Assembly: GCA_951406725.2 (NCBI GenBank)
Contig: OX597817.1
Coordinates: forward strand, 123,194,001-123,258,000
Origin: Octopus vulgaris
Lineage: Eukaryota
DNA: 64,000 bases
Reading direction: 5' to 3'
In this document: positions 1-14,460 of the stretch, in pieces
Layout: every line of letters starts with the position of its first letter
Position numbering within the stretch: position 1 is the stretch's first letter
Made by a program: the position numbers and the translations under genes
Notes under the pieces: generated by a model
Database searches by the model: none
Told to the model about the DNA's origin: nothing
The model's input: the letters and a program-made list of their open reading frames with translations, nothing else

Positions 1-263
1 TCAGTTATGGGGGGAAGGAAATTGTTCATGATTATTGAAATGAAACACACTAAAATGGGAACTATAAAGCGAGAGGTTAATGAATAAAAAATTGTGAGAG
101 TAGTATAGATAACAGAAAACCAAGTTACGTGAAATAAAGACGGTTATTAAGGAAGGTAAAGGTAAGTGTAGTTAACAACAGTTGGAATTTATGAGGAAGA
201 GAATTAATTATTGTTATTATGGGATACAATAATAACTGTTAGGATGTGTAAGAAGATATATGT

Positions 264-329
<66 letters not shown>

Positions 330-439
330 TGTATGGATATACAGGAAAAATAATATTAGACAAGAGGAAAATCAATGTAGAAGAGGGGAAAATGTTATGT
401 ACAAAGTAATTATGGTTGCTGGCGATTTGTTCAAATGAT

Positions 440-1035
440 AGCAACAAGAGGCTTAATTGAATTATTGACATACTTTTAGAAAATAGATATGAGCATCTAA
501 TTGTAAAGGAATTCTTATAAGAGCCGTGTTTTCATTCAGTTAGATAAAGTGAGGTATAAATTGTAGGTAAGATTTAGATCATATCTATATGGCCTTTATA
601 TGCGAGATAACATTTAATAAAGAAGGCTTTAGGTAAATATTGAATTTGTGTTGTATGTGGAAGAGTTTATTTCAATAGAGCTACAATTAGGCATATAGTT
701 TCATTATATAAAGAAACATAACTTGGAGTACAAGTGGGTACTGGCAAATGACGGCGAGAATAAAAGGTAAAATTAAGAATAATGAGGCGTTGCTATTAAC
801 TAAATAGAAGGTTACAATTGAAGTACCGATTTATAAACAATTAAAGAATAGATTTATCTTCCGTATTAGTTTCTTTACAATAGTATGTTAAAGAAATGTA
901 TACGAAAAAATATTAGTATCATTGTTTAAAATGACCAAAAAGAATGCAATATCCTGAAATAAATTTGAAGATGATAATTTCTGGAGCATTTATGTCGGTG
1001 CAATCAAAATGTAAATTATAAAATTATAACATAGA
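440..1035 (+). mobile_element. Penelope-like element remnant (RT linker and GIY-YIG start), highly degenerate
   Basis: Broken frames give YFNRATIR (PLE FNRNTIKISYS-like) near 668-695 and SIYVGA (GIY-YIG YIG-like) near 986-1003; many stops. Confidence 0.45.
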
Positions 1036-1040
1036 GGTAA

Positions 1041-1900
1041 TATTGAGTCATCCCATAGGTAATGCGGTTTTTAAATCTTTTATTTTTCGACATTAAGATA
1101 AAGTTCTTTTTCAAACTAAAATATACTTTCCTTCATTTTCTACAATGTTCTTCCATCTGTCTGGTAGACTTGCAAGACCCCTCTTCCAAAATTCACTTGT
1201 CTGTGACAAAAAATACTACTCCAGTACTGTTCTGGCCTCATCTAGAGAATTCATATATTTTCCGTCCAAATGATTTTGAAGACTGCAGAATAAATGATAA
1301 TCAGATGGGGGCAATGTCCGGCGAATATGGTGGGTGGGGCATCGTTTCCCATTCAAACTGCTCCAGCTTTTGGAATGTCATCCTTACTGTATGTAGCCAA
1401 GCATTATTCTGATGGAAGAACAACTTTCGTCTTGAAATCAAAGATGGTTGGTTTTTTTCTTTTTCTAGCCCTGACTTAAACCGACCGCTCAAGCTGCTTG
1501 CAGAAAATCTCCTTTGCTATCGTTTGATTTAGGTTGACAAGGTCAAAGTGGATTAAACAGATAAAACACCTTATTTAGGTGAAGACATTCTTTAACCTTG
1601 GGTACCCGTGTTTCACCTTTCTCTACCCACTGTCTTCAGATATTGACATTTTTATAGAGAAATCATTTCTCGCAACAGTCACTATTCAGTCAAAAAAAGG
1701 TTCGTTTGTGAGAAGTGACAGCAAAGAAAAGCACACAATCACTCTCTGCGAGCGATTAAACTTGGAAAGTTTGTGAGGAAGCCATTTAGTCAATTTGCTG
1801 AATTTCTAATGGCACGCAGGTGTCGATGAATAGTTCAGTGACTAAAGAAATTCAAATGTACAAAATTTTTTAAAAGTAGCATTTCGTTTTTCTTTTTCAT
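1041..1900 (-). mobile_element. mariner transposon remnant (transposase pseudogene)
   Basis: ORF 1301-1492 ends FHQNNAWLHT...WETMPHPPYSPDIAP, the mariner YSPDLAP motif; TIR-like end TATTGAGTCATCCCATAG at 1041. Confidence 0.85.
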
Positions 1901-1940
1901 AAATATCTACTTACTCGTGTGTTACCTCTACGTTTTTTAA

Positions 1941-1980
<40 letters not shown>

Positions 1981-2104
1981 GTATATATGTGTGTGTGTGT
2001 GTGTTTATGTGTGGGTATATGTATATATATATAAATTAATAAATAAATAAAACATATGTATATATACATATATGTACGTACCTACCTCTACATGTATATA
2101 TACA

Positions 2105-2352
2105 TGCATATATGGGTACAGGACACACAAAAAAAAACGTCGAACACAATGAGAAACGAAAACATAAACACAAAACCAAGGAAATGGACATTTTTCTTAA
2201 ACAACGAAAAAATAGAGTACAGGACATACAATACAAGGAAAATTCCCCTTCTTCAGTCGCCTTTGTTTCATCTACTCCACGTTTCGAAGATGAAGGCGAT
2301 ACATGACTTTATTGAAACATTCCTTCCCGCGTAAAGCAAATTAAATGAAATT
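2105..2352 (-). mobile_element. PLE pLTR-like non-coding unit between (TA)n tracts
   Basis: Strand-biased T-rich tail; CGAAACG and CTGAAGA motifs; hairpin TCGCCTTCATCT/AGATGAAACAAAGGCGA; microsatellite flanks. Confidence 0.4.
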
Positions 2353-2389
2353 ATATATATATATATATATACCCACACACACATATACA

Positions 2390-2430
<41 letters not shown>

Positions 2431-2659
2431 GTAATACACATATACATACATATTCTTACACATATACACATACACGCACATACACGCATATAAGCATATA
2501 TATGTATTTAATCTGCGTGTGTGCGCGTGTATGCGTGTGTGTGTATATTAGTGTACGAATATGCGCACAAATATTCAATTAGGTAAGGAAATATGATGCA
2601 GCATAAGTGCTTGGCTCTCGTAATTAAACAACCAAGCCAATACCTTAATCTGTTGCTAC

Positions 2660-4230
2660 TTAGGTGAAAATACTTAAATAGCTTGAATGTTTTCTAAACA
2701 AAATGTTCAGGGTATATATATATATAAATGTGTAATAATCAAGTTTACAGATTAGAATATAGCAGATTTTAAACATTTTTGTCAGTTTTTTTTTGTGGGT
2801 GAGAATACATACTTCTTGAGTACCGAGTCAGAAGCAGTCGTTAGACAAATAAGGTCTTAAGACATTCAGTTGTGCAAAGAAGACAAGCGTTAAATTTGAT
2901 CGTCCATTTTAAATGGATGTATCTTGCTACTAGTTTCCATATAAATTTCGATAGTGGTTGTCATCTTATCTATTCTGGTTGCAGAATGACTAATAACATG
3001 CTGGTGGTCCCTAAATTTTAAGTAACACAGGTAAGAATATGAAATTACTTTCTAAATTTGCCTGATGTAGGGTATCTTCAAAATGGAATTTTCTGTATTA
3101 ACTACAAAATTAAATATAATTTATCACAGGAAACTTATGCAGCTGCAGCTGCTGATGATCGAGTCGACACATTTGAAATTAGCAAGGTTTTGTACGAAAT
3201 TATAAGCAGCTGAATATGAAGTTTTGTAGTAATGTTTAAATGTTCTTGCAGTATTTGGATTGTGGGAGGAAATGAATTCTGCAATAAGTGTTGCTCAGCT
3301 GAGTTGTACAGAAGACCACAAAATAGATTTGTATTTTCCTATTAATAGTTTTGGTTCTCTTCGTATTTATGGTGTACCTAATTATCTCCGGAGAGATACA
3401 ACAAAGGAGAATTTCATTATACTAATTGGAAGACATTTATTAAAATTGTTGATTTTCAAGAAATTTACACAACTTCTGAGGCATATTCTTCAAAAGGTTA
3501 TTTGTTATATTGTTAGGATAGTTTAATGATTATGAATGTAAAATAGAAATACAATACATTTGCCCTAAGATTAATATAAGGGATTGTTAAGGTTCAGGGT
3601 GAAATCAGGAATCTGATAGCGATAATATTAGGTTGTATAGTTATTTGTAGCTCACTGACCAGATTTTTCTGGATTCTGTTTCTTTATTGAGGATTAAGTT
3701 TACTTAAGGAGAGAAACTTTAAATTTGAGTTTCGATATATATATATATATAAATCGACAATATCAACGGATTCGGCTGAATTTTTAATCTCATTGCTAAT
3801 GTAGAATGTCAGGTTTTAGAATGTTCTTTCATTTTAAATTCAAATGTCTTAGATATAGATGCGTGGAGGATGATTTCAGTTTCAAATTCTTTGCTATTAG
3901 TTCATAATTTAGCAAATTTAACAACGTCATCTAATAGTTATTTAGATACAGATGATTAATGCTCATTGAATTCAGATTGTTAGAACTTGGAATTGGTTTT
4001 GTGTTTGGGATCAGAAATATTCTGTGATAGAGTAATGTTTCATACTTAATTCTTGAGATGAAACGACGCAAAGTTTTGGTTTAATTATCTCTAGAATGCA
4101 TTTATAAATCACTCCAATATGGAAACACGTATAGGGCTTTAACTGCAATAGGATCTCTACTGATGTTGAGTCCAAGTTTATAGTGGTGATTTGTTTGGCA
4201 TGTCTATTGATGTCATTCATAACATTTCAG
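2660..4230 (-). mobile_element. Penelope-like RT plus GIY-YIG remnant
   Basis: Minus-strand fragments: LDDVVKF (RT YxDD-like) near 3915-3935, LHASI, ILKIPYI near 3065-3085, ARYI near 2920; riddled with stops and frameshifts. Confidence 0.55.
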
Positions 4231-4267
4231 TTGGTCAGTCTCTTAGCTGTGATTTGCTTATCAGTTT

Positions 4268-4360
<93 letters not shown>

Positions 4361-4379
4361 GTATATATATATTTATATA

Positions 4380-4560
4380 CTAGCACTATGACCCGGCGTT
4401 GCCGGGTCGCAGTAAAAGTTTCTCACTACATTAAGAGCTAAGTTTCTTATCCCATTTCAGCTCGGATCAGTTTTGTTGTTTATGAGCTAGTTGGAGCTTT
4501 TTATGAGAGTAATTAACATTCATTGGACTATCAACTCACGAATACAGTACAATCTACATT
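4380..4560 (-). mobile_element. Helitron 3' end
   Basis: Minus strand hairpin GACCCGGC-AAC-GCCGGGTC, 6 nt, then terminal CTAG followed by T. Confidence 0.75.
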
Positions 4561-4609
4561 TACAGACCCCGATGGCACTACCATTCCAGAGGCTCAGGCA
4601 GTGAAAGAC

Positions 4610-5260
4610 TAGTGGATCAGTATTTGCAATGACGCATCATTTCATATGCACATTAGTAAGTTAGTAGGAAGAGCAGACAACAGGTAAAATGGATACTGAG
4701 GTCCTCAAACAAGAGACCAAGAAACTATGTTGATATGTAGAGAAACTTTGTTCTCAGCCGCCTGGACTACTGTTGCTAGTTGTGGTCACCACATAGTGCC
4801 AAACCAACAGCGGAGCTTGAAGCACTCCAACGCCACCACAATAAAAAGATTGAAGCAGTGCAGCGGATGAGCTACAAGGGTAGGCTGAGAAGACTATATC
4901 TTTACTCCCTGGAGCGAAGGCGTGAGAGATATGCAATAGTATACATATAGAAAATCCTTGAAGGGCTAGTACCTAACTTTGACATTGAGAGTTATACAAA
5001 TGCCAGAACTGGCTGCCATTCTATTGTACCAAAGGTACCATCACTCCATCTAAATTCAGGACCAGGTACTGCAATAGTCTAGGGTTCAAAGGCCCACAAC
5101 TCTTGAATGCCCTGCCAGAAAAATTAATAAATTTGCATAGGGTGAAAGTAGATATCTTCAAAAAGAAAGCAGACATCCTCCACTCTACAATACCGGAGGA
5201 ACCAACAGTCCAACATGAGGTACAGACGAGGGTAACGGAATTAAACTCCCTTAAATACCA
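4610..5260 (+). mobile_element. CR1/L2-group LINE 3' fragment
   Basis: EALQRHHNKKIEAVQRMSYKGRLRRLYLYSLERRRERYAIVYI*KILEGLVPN, a typical CR1 RT C-terminus. Confidence 0.8.
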
Positions 5261-5334
5261 AATGTAGCAACAGCTGGGCTAAAGGCACATACAGGAGTGG
5301 TGATGTGAAACACCCAGAGTGAGGAAGTCAGAAA

Positions 5335-5402
5335 GACCATGGTGCTCCAGCATGCCCACGGGTGCATGGCTGATACGAGTAAAAGAGTAAAAGAATACAT
5401 AC

Positions 5403-5487
<85 letters not shown>

Positions 5488-5720
5488 TGTGTGTGTGTGT
5501 CTGTGTTCGTGTGTCTGTATTTGCCGTTCACCACCGCTTGACAACCGGTGTTGTGTTGGTGCGTTTACGTCCCTGTAATTTAGCGGTTCGGCCAAACAGA
5601 CTGATTTAATAAGTACTAGGCTTACAAGGAATATGTCCTCGTTCTCTTTGTTCGATTAAAGGTGATGCTCCAGCATGGCCACAGAAAATGACTGAAACAT
5701 GTAAAACGGTAAAAGAGTAT
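5335..5720 (+). mobile_element. SINE family C, 3' part (GGTGCTCCAGCATGGCC...GAAACAAGTAAAAGAG tail, internal microsatellite)
   Basis: Matches copies at 6230-6625, 15990-16320, 43830-44175, 51735-52140 and 53220-54260. Confidence 0.7.
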
Positions 5721-6158
5721 ATATAACAGGTTATGAAATTTTATTCACAATCACGTGATTCAGACGCACTGCAATGTACGTTTGACAAACGTCTTTTACT
5801 ATAGCTCCGAGACTATCAATGATTTGAGATTTAATTTCCTCGACGGAAAATGTAGAAGACCGTCTTATAATTATCTATCTATATGCGTGTCTTAGTGTTT
5901 TCCCTTTCACCGCCTAAGAACTGATGTCGGTTTGTTTAAACTTCAACACCCTAGTGGTTTGGCAGAAAAGAATAAGAGAATAATAGAATATGTACGAGAC
6001 TTTGAAAAATGTAGTTAGATCGATTCGTTCACGGAGGAGAGCCAGCATAAGCAAAGTCAAATGAATGAAAGGGTGAAAAGTATGAGTGTTTGATTTACTC
6101 ATCAGCACACGCCATACAGAACACATTTTGGCAATATCTTGCGTGCCTCTCTCTTATA

Positions 6159-6224
<66 letters not shown>

Positions 6225-6625
6225 TATAGCTGAGTGTGTTCAGTCCACTGCGTGGTACCTTGGGAAAATGTCTTCTACTATAGCCTCGAGACGACCAAAG
6301 ACGTTTGAGTGATTTTGCTAGATGGAATCTGAAAGAAGGCCATCATATATATGTGCGTTTGTGTGTGTGTGTGTGCGTGCGCGCACGTGTGTGCATGCAT
6401 GTATGATTGTGTGACAGTGTTTGTTCTCACCATCACCGTTTGAAAAGAGTGGCGGTGAGGTTAGGTCCCCTAACTTACCGCTTGGGCAAAAAAATTCGAT
6501 AGAGTAAGTAGTACGCTTTAAAAAATTTAATCCTTAGGTCGACTTATTCGACTAAAACTCTTGAAGGTGGTGCTCCAGCATGGCCCCAGTAAAAGTGAGA
6601 GAAACAAGTAAAAGAATAAAAGAAT
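6225..6625 (+). mobile_element. SINE family C copy
   Basis: GTTCAGTCC B-box-like head, ACCTTGGGAAAATGTCTT central domain, (GT)n, shared tail. Confidence 0.7.
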
Positions 6626-6763
6626 ATATATATATTATATTATATTATATATATATATATACATCCGTCGGTTATTTAAGTCTGACAAATCGCCTATAGT
6701 GTTAAGCACTTTATAGGTACGAAACCAATAGTCACTCTGTGATAACATGATAACATTTAACTT

Positions 6764-6862
<99 letters not shown>

Positions 6863-6897
6863 AATGTATATACACACGCATGAACTTATACCCACAA

Positions 6898-6944
<47 letters not shown>

Positions 6945-7034
6945 GTAAATCCCAACAAGAACAAACAAAATACAACGAAGCGAGGACGTGGTAAATGTAA
7001 AATACTAGCAGACGCTCAGGGAAGGAAAGAAAGA

Positions 7035-7073
7035 TGGTTTAACGTTTCGAGCACACGCTCCTCTTCTGAAACA
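7035..7073 (-). ncRNA. minimal type-I hammerhead ribozyme-like motif within a ~190 bp unit (6950-7140)
   Basis: GTTT-CAGAAGA-G-GAGC-GTGT-GCTC-GAAA-CG-TT-AAAC; core has a U4>A change. Confidence 0.6.
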
Positions 7074-7960
7074 GAGGAAAGCCCAATAGAAGGGAAGACA
7101 GAGGAAGAAAATCGGCAACGATTCAATATGGTTACAAATACTCACACACACTCATATGTTATCTACACACATCTTACAGTTTATGAATGAAAGACAAGAT
7201 ACTCAGTACAATAATATATCAACTCAATATCGTTTTCTGCCTGACATTTTCAACTGAAGATTCGATCACTACTCCAATTTCTTTTCAAACAAGAAGCAAC
7301 TAAATCACTCCTTCAACACACACGCACATATATATGCGTGCTTAAACTATTATATGTGTTATTTTCTCAAATTGGGAATGCAGCATGTTCCAGGCAAGTA
7401 TTTGATCTCTCAGTAACACAAATGTAATATAAGGTCTTATATTCACCTATAAAAAAAAAACCCTGAAAAATCTATCGACATGCTACTAAGTTCTGCCTTT
7501 CTACTGAAAGATATCATTTCAGAATATAATCTGGAATCTAGCCTGAATTCGTTTCAGATGTAATGAACTTCTAGAGGAAGAACGAAAAATGAAATGAATG
7601 CAAACATAGATATGAAGGGAAATGTTACTTTTATCACTTTACAATTCACACATACGCTCTCTCTCTCTCTCTCGCTTTCTCTCTCTCTCTCTCGCTTTCT
7701 CTCTCTCTCTCTCACTTTCTCTCTCTCTTTCACACACACACACACGCATTCACATATACATGCGTATGTTACAATCGTATATTCTCGAAAATAAATGAAA
7801 AGGTATATGCATGTGTGTGTGCGTGTATATAGGTGTGTATATTTATATATATGTATATATATATATATATATACGCATATATACATATATATATATTTAT
7901 ATATATATATATGTATATGTATACACACATATATATATATGATATATATATATATATATA

Positions 7961-8029
<69 letters not shown>

Positions 8030-9399
8030 ATATATATGCATATTTATATATTCATGCATATTCATGTATTCATACACGCGCACACACACACACACACACA
8101 TACACATGCTTCGTTCGCCGTTCTGAAAAAAGTGTAAACTGTAATGGCAACAGCTTCTAGCTGAGACCCAAAAATAGAAATATATACACACACACACACA
8201 GAAATATATATATATATATATATATATACACTCACTCATGTACACGTATACACATATATATTCATACACATATATGCTTACAAATACACTCACATGTTCA
8301 CATTCACACATCGGTATAATTGGTTATAGCAATGAATACAGATTCAGTCGGATTACTGGTAGTTGCAGGGAATAATGGGGGGATTGAATATCAGACACTT
8401 ACGGAAGTGGGAAGAACATGGGAGAATGAAAGGTGTTGCAAAATAAACACGGCTTTTCATTGAAACAGAAGAAAGGTTGAACGTAAGAAATATATGAAAA
8501 AAAAAAAAGCGTGTACTTGCTACAATGAAGGAAAAGACAGACATATTGAAAGATGGATAGGTAGGCAGATAGAAAAATAGAAAGAGGGTTAGGGGGAAGG
8601 AGAACAAGAAAGAGAGAAATTATTTTTCAATGACAAACAACATGAAAGTGTGAAGGTGTTAAGATAAAGAAATAAAAGGCGAAAACATTGAATGCAGTTT
8701 TCTGGAAGAAGCAGAAGAAAATTACAAAGCTTGTAGTAGATTTAACTGCAGCATTATTACTGCAGTATGCTATGATAACCTTTTCAATAAGAGAACACGC
8801 CCTTATTTGAACTCAAAGGCTGGTGCTTGCCTTTTATTCTATGGATTATTGATTGAAAAATGAAGCAACACAATTACTTGATTATTTCAGAACCCACACG
8901 CACACCCACAAATACATATACACACGCACGAACACACATACACACGGACGCACACGAACACACATACGCATGTTGGCACACACATGCACACACGTACATG
9001 ATTATTAATACGTTGTAAACGAAAGAAAATTGTTACTTGCATTAAGCAGTATGTGTGATCTTTACGAAAATGTTACTTCGGCAACATTTAATCTAATCTG
9101 TTGCTTGCAAAAGAGAAGACTTCGACATGATAAGTTTTCGTTTAAGAAAAATGAAGCCTTTCATTGCCAACGTGTGTGTATATGTGTGTGTGTGTGTGTG
9201 CGTGTGTATTTGTTTGTCTGTGTGTGTGTATATATCTATATACATATATGCATACACTCACTCATACATACATACATACATACATACATACATACATACA
9301 TACACGCATACATATACGCATACATGCACACAAGCACACACACACACACATATATACGCGCGCGTACACACACTCACACATACATATACACATATACGG

Positions 9400-9965
9400 C
9401 GAATGTTGCCACAACGCTTGCCTTTAGTTCATCTTCTGTGTTGTTACAAATGTGTTTTCTTGGTCTCTCGCTCAACTGTACTGCACACATAATAATCAAG
9501 GAAAATGCAGTCTGGGGAATTAGGTGGCCAGATGTTAAGGGTGATGTGATCGCAGAAATTATCTGACAGCCATGACTGGGTTCTCTTGCTTGTTGCAGAG
9601 TCCTGTTGCCAGAGATAGGGGTCTTCCAGCAGACACTCTCTTGATCCAGGGCAGCACTACCTCTTCTAGGAACTTGATGTAGACCTCCGTGTTGAGTCTC
9701 CGGCTGTGTGGGAAACACCATGATCTTGACCGGATGTTTGATTTTTATCACTCTCGGTACATATTTTGGGGACACGGCAAGAAAACGGTTGTTCTGTGCT
9801 TTTATCTTCTGTACGTATTGGAGCGTCTGGCGCGAATGCCAAGCAGTACAGCATGTCGTTTCCAAATTTCTGGCAGAGCGAGTTGCGTTATGGTGCTGTG
9901 TTTCTCGCAGACGGTGTCCAACATGTGCGCGTGTGTGTTTGTTATTGAACTATTAAATATTTTGC
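9400..9965 (-). mobile_element. Tc1/mariner-superfamily (DD37D/maT-like) transposase remnant
   Basis: KIKHPVKIMVF and NIWPPNSPDCIFLDYYVC on the minus strand; internal deletions. Confidence 0.8.
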
Positions 9966-10096
9966 ATTAGTTTCATTCCACTATCGATCACAGAAAGATG
10001 AGAGTTAAATTTCGTTCGGCACAATTTTAACATCAGGGCCTGAGGATAATCACTTGAAATCTCTGGTAATTCTATTGATACACATACACGCTTACA

Positions 10097-10126
<30 letters not shown>

Positions 10127-10128
<2 letters not shown>

Positions 10129-10308
10129 CTTAATAATTAGGGTTCAGCAAAGATTTGCTTTACCACATACCGAAGTTTAGAAATAGCAGCCAAAAAACGT
10201 CAGCTATTACTTGAAAACAATCTACACAAGCAGAGAGGAAGAAAGTAACTATTTCTAAACTTCGATGTGTGGTAAAGCAAATCTTTGCTGAACCCTAATT
10301 ATTAAGTA
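10127..10308. mobile_element. short foldback/MITE-like element with ~60 bp TIRs
   Basis: TACTTAATAATTAGGGTTCAGCAAAGATTTGCTTTACCACA...TGTGGTAAAGCAAATCTTTGCTGAACCCTAATTATTAAGTA. Confidence 0.8.
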
Positions 10309-10403
10309 TTACTCAAGTTTACCATGAAATGGTCCTTTTTTCATGCCGAATTCTACTTGGTGAAATTATTGATTACTTCTTAATTAATTAATTTTACCCT
10401 TTG

Positions 10404-10445
<42 letters not shown>

Positions 10446-11087
10446 GTATCCCTATAAGTACACACACATCGGTCTGTTGTTATACATCGGAAGAAAAACT
10501 CACTCTAAAGAATCTTTTAAGCAGTAATATTTAATGTAGTCTTTGATTATGGCTGGTCTGAATGTTACGATTTGTTTCGCGCAAATTATCCTCTTAACTG
10601 AGTGTGATCTACCAGACGTGCTGGCTGGAGGGACATAACCTCATTACTAATGAAGGTAAGAATGCTGTCTTGGTCAGCCAGGGTTGCGAAAAATACTCCT
10701 GAAACGAAATACTTGGAAGCGAAAACCTCTTCTGGGTGAGATGGAGTTATTTCGTTCCAGTTGTGTCCGTAAAGTGTCACTTTATGTATGATGATCGTTC
10801 TTTTAGAAGCAAACGGGGAACTCTATATCTACAACATGAATTTTCTCTCGTGAGGGCACCGACTAAAAGTTTTCCCTTTTGGATTTTAACAAGCCGCTAG
10901 GTCAAGCGTGTCAAGCGTATTTTTTAGGATCCCTGCTCCTCGGCCAACCAAAATTTGTATCGTCTGTTTCCGTTGAAGTTTGTTCCAAGCCGCTCTAGTA
11001 GCTTCAATTTAATTCTGTATGGCATTCCTTCTACTTTTAAACGCATTTGTAGCTAGCCAAAGATGCAAAGATATATATATTTATGAC

Positions 11088-11230
11088 ACAGGCGCAGCTA
11101 TGCGGTAAGAAGTTTTCTTCCCAGTTATACGGTTTCGGTTCAGTCGAAGAGCATGACAAGTTGGGCAAGTGTCTTCTGCTATATCTTGTGAGTAGATTTC
11201 GTACGCAGGGACTGGGAGAAACCAGTCTTA
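11088..11230 (+). mobile_element. SINE family C tRNA-like head fragment
   Basis: GGCGCAG...GGTAAGAAG...GGTTCAGTC...TTGGGCAAGTGTCTTCTGCTATA. Confidence 0.55.
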
Positions 11231-11575
11231 TGCATGCATATGCATTCACACACAGAGAAACATGTATATGTTTATATATGTGTATGTATGTGTATGTGTG
11301 CGTGCGTATGCGTGTGTGTGTATACACGTGATGAATGTGTGTATATTACTGTCTCCATGTCTTGATATCCCGTGAGATTTATAAACAAGCGATACTGTTA
11401 TGCAAGCGTTAACATTAATTTCCAGTATTCTGTAAAAACATATCTGGCTGAGGGCAAATATTAACTTACTTAGGAACAAGGGCGGGTTGACGAGAGGAAG
11501 GCAATTCGGGCATAGAAAATCTGCTACAATAAACTCTACTCAACGCAAGAAAGCATGAAAAGGTGGACATTAAAA

Positions 11576-11636
<61 letters not shown>

Positions 11637-11673
11637 GATTACATATTTCACGTATTTTAAGTACGTGGATATA

Positions 11674-11938
11674 CAGTAATCCGTCGACTATCGCGGGCGT
11701 TACGTTCCAATTCTCCCCCCCCCCGCGGTAGGCGAAAATCCGTGTAGTAGAAACAGTTTTGTACTGTATTTTCTTTTTTAAAATCTCTATATTTCTATAT
11801 AATTTTAAAATTTCTATATAATTCTATATAATTTGTATATACTTATTTTATCATAAAGGCAAAACATCACAGAGGAACCGACGCAAACTTAAATAATAAA
11901 CCGCGGTAGGTGAACCGCGATATGGCGAAAAATTGCTG
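11674..11938. mobile_element. pogo/Tigger-type MITE
   Basis: TA|CAGTAATCCGTCGACTATCGCG...CGCGATATGGCGAAAAATTGCTG|TA; imperfect TIRs with a TA TSD. Confidence 0.8.
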
Positions 11939-11949
11939 TATTTCAAGGC

Positions 11950-12400
11950 AAGTTATATTAAATTTAAGGAGGAAAACAGTTAGTTTTAAATCTCTGAGCG
12001 AGAAAAATGTAGTAACATCGTCCTAATGAGGACTGCCAATTTACGTTGGCAAATAGATTTTACTGTATATTAAATTTGATATTTATAGTTTATATTAATG
12101 CAACCGTTAGATCTTTTAATGTAGAGTATGATATAATTGCTAATATAAGTCCAAAGAAATATTTAAACTCCAGACACATTTTCCACACTTTCATCCAGTC
12201 TATTAAAAATAGATAATTATTAGATTTTATACATAACAAGATGATTGCTTTAGCTATTGTGTAACTAAATGGTTCTATGGTTACTTTTTTATTTTTCAAA
12301 TCAGTACCATTTATTTTTGTTACTTTTCGTCTACTGGTTTTGGAATTGTCCTGCATAAATAAGATGAAAATCCTCTATTCAATCATATGCGATCTCAAAA
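11950..12400 (-). mobile_element. Penelope-like GIY-YIG remnant
   Basis: IISYSTLKDL followed by SNLIY...IG (GIY-YIG pattern), degenerate. Confidence 0.45.
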
Positions 12401-12478
12401 TTTAATATAATAACACATACAAACAGGTTTGATCGCTTGAGTCAAAGTCTATAGCTGAGTAGTATCTGCGTGTACACT

Positions 12479-12520
<42 letters not shown>

Positions 12521-12867
12521 TTGCCAACATAATATGGCTGTCCTGGAAGTGACGTTGTTGCTGTTTATTATATGTGTGTATAAACGTGTGTGTACATACG
12601 TATGTATAATAGTTACTGTGTCTGCATTTAGTAAATTTGAATATGCAACGACATCTGGTAAATTTATCGTTCCACACATTATATCATCATCTATTAAAAT
12701 CCTCTGGTTGCTGTTGCGCTTAATAATATTATTTATTAAGCTGTACAGAACAAATATTTTTAAAAATCACGATAAACAAATGTTGCAATTTATACCATGC
12801 GCGTTTGCTCATGGTGGCTATTTGCCTCCTCTGTAATACGCGTAGACGTTCATCATAGATAAATACA

Positions 12868-12904
<37 letters not shown>

Positions 12905-13403
12905 CATCAGTTTGCGCGTCTTTGTAGATGTGAACGTATGTCAGGGTTCTCTTTATGCTACTAACATATTACTTACTACAACGTGTAGCATGGTCGCACC
13001 ATCAGTGGTTAAACTAGGAACTCTACTCAGCTTGCTTTGTAAGGAGAGCGGTTTTGAATGTACACCTTGCAGTATGAAAAACAAAACCTCTGAATGGCTG
13101 AATGGGCGGATGAACTCCGTACAGTGAACGTCCCTCCAACAATTGGGAGTGTGAGACCCCTGCTCCTTATTTAGATATCTTTTGATGAGAAGGGAATTGC
13201 CGCATAACATCCGCTTGCTTGCTTCTAGATTACTTGGCTTTTCTTTCGTGAGAGTTTTGGTGATGTTTAACAAATTGTTATTAACTTTAAATTTCAGCAC
13301 GGGCATTACTGACTTCCATTATTTTTAATATCTGAGATGTAACTTGTCAGTGACGGTCATATTCGCCTACGAGTTATCAGTCTAACACAAGAATAGTTAG
13401 TGA

Positions 13404-13848
13404 GTAGCAGTATAGCCCGCCGTTGCTCGGGTTTGTTTCGACCCTTTAGAATTGGAATTTTTGAAAAGTAAAAATTTGGCATTATGTAGCTTGTTATTCT
13501 CTTCAAGTGAACATTTTTCTGGTTGAAATACACCGACAAAAATGGCGACACAGCAGTCAAAAAATTGTAAAAAAATAGGGATTTTCATAGAAAAAAAGCA
13601 CCTTTTTGATGTAAATAATTTTTGATCTTAACATGGTTCGATTTGAAATTTTTCTTCTACGAAATAAGGAGCAAGCCTTCTTCTATCACACTCTCAATTT
13701 TGGTCAACTTGCGCCGCAGGGTCTCGGAGGAGATAGTGTTAGTTGAAGGCTACTAAACCTGCCACACACGCACACACACATACTCACACACATACACACA
13801 CACACAGACAACTTCAGCTTTATATATATATATATATATATATATAGA
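13404..13848 (-). mobile_element. complete non-autonomous Helitron (445 bp)
   Basis: A|TCTATATA...AAAGCTGAAG 5' end, internal (GT)n, 3' hairpin CCCGAGCAACGGCGGG, CTAC|T terminus (CTAG variant), inserted in AT. Confidence 0.8.
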
Positions 13849-13849
13849 T

Positions 13850-14460
13850 TAATTAAATTACATATAACAAGTTACTCAAATAATCCAGAGGAGTATAATC
13901 ATATATGGATTTACTGAACCATATAAAGGCGTAGGTCTTGCAATGGCATAGTCAAAATCAATTTAGTAATGTTTAGTAAAAACCCAAAATTCTCATAAAT
14001 TTGTTGGGTGCTTAAACTAAAATTAATAATCTTTTTCAAAACTACTGTCCCTTTTACTTATGAAACAAGATCTATCTGAATAGCTTAACGTAGGACAGAT
14101 TCCATAAGTGAAGTAGTGAAATTTCTGCTAGACCTATCAATTTCACATATTATATAATTATACAACATAGATAAATGTCCTCTATAAACGCACAAATAAA
14201 TTTATTGTAGTTTAATAATATCCAACATCTATCTTTTTGACCCATTGCGACTTATTAAAAATAAGACTACGTGTCATAGTTATGTCCATTTATCACATAT
14301 TGCAACTCTACTAATAAATAAATATTAAAATGAAAAATGGTTCATAACTTTTACACGTCAATAATATTTGTAGACTATACCTCTTATCGATAAATTCTAA
14401 ATTCACATATCGATTATTCTTCCTATCAATATCACACTAGTCACTTAAATTAAAATATAA
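13850..14460 (+). mobile_element. probable Penelope-like remnant
   Basis: AT-rich, degenerate GIY-YIG-like fragments (HII..KCPL...KIRLR); weak. Confidence 0.3.

Noticed and set aside
2235-2300. Possible type-II hammerhead (CTTC-GAAAC-GTGGA-GTA...CTGAAGA-A-GGGG, minus strand)
   Set aside because: Stem I cannot be paired and a competing hairpin forms; not called as a ribozyme
10450-11030. GC-richer block, possible LINE 5' region or exon
   Set aside because: Stops in all frames and no diagnostic motif
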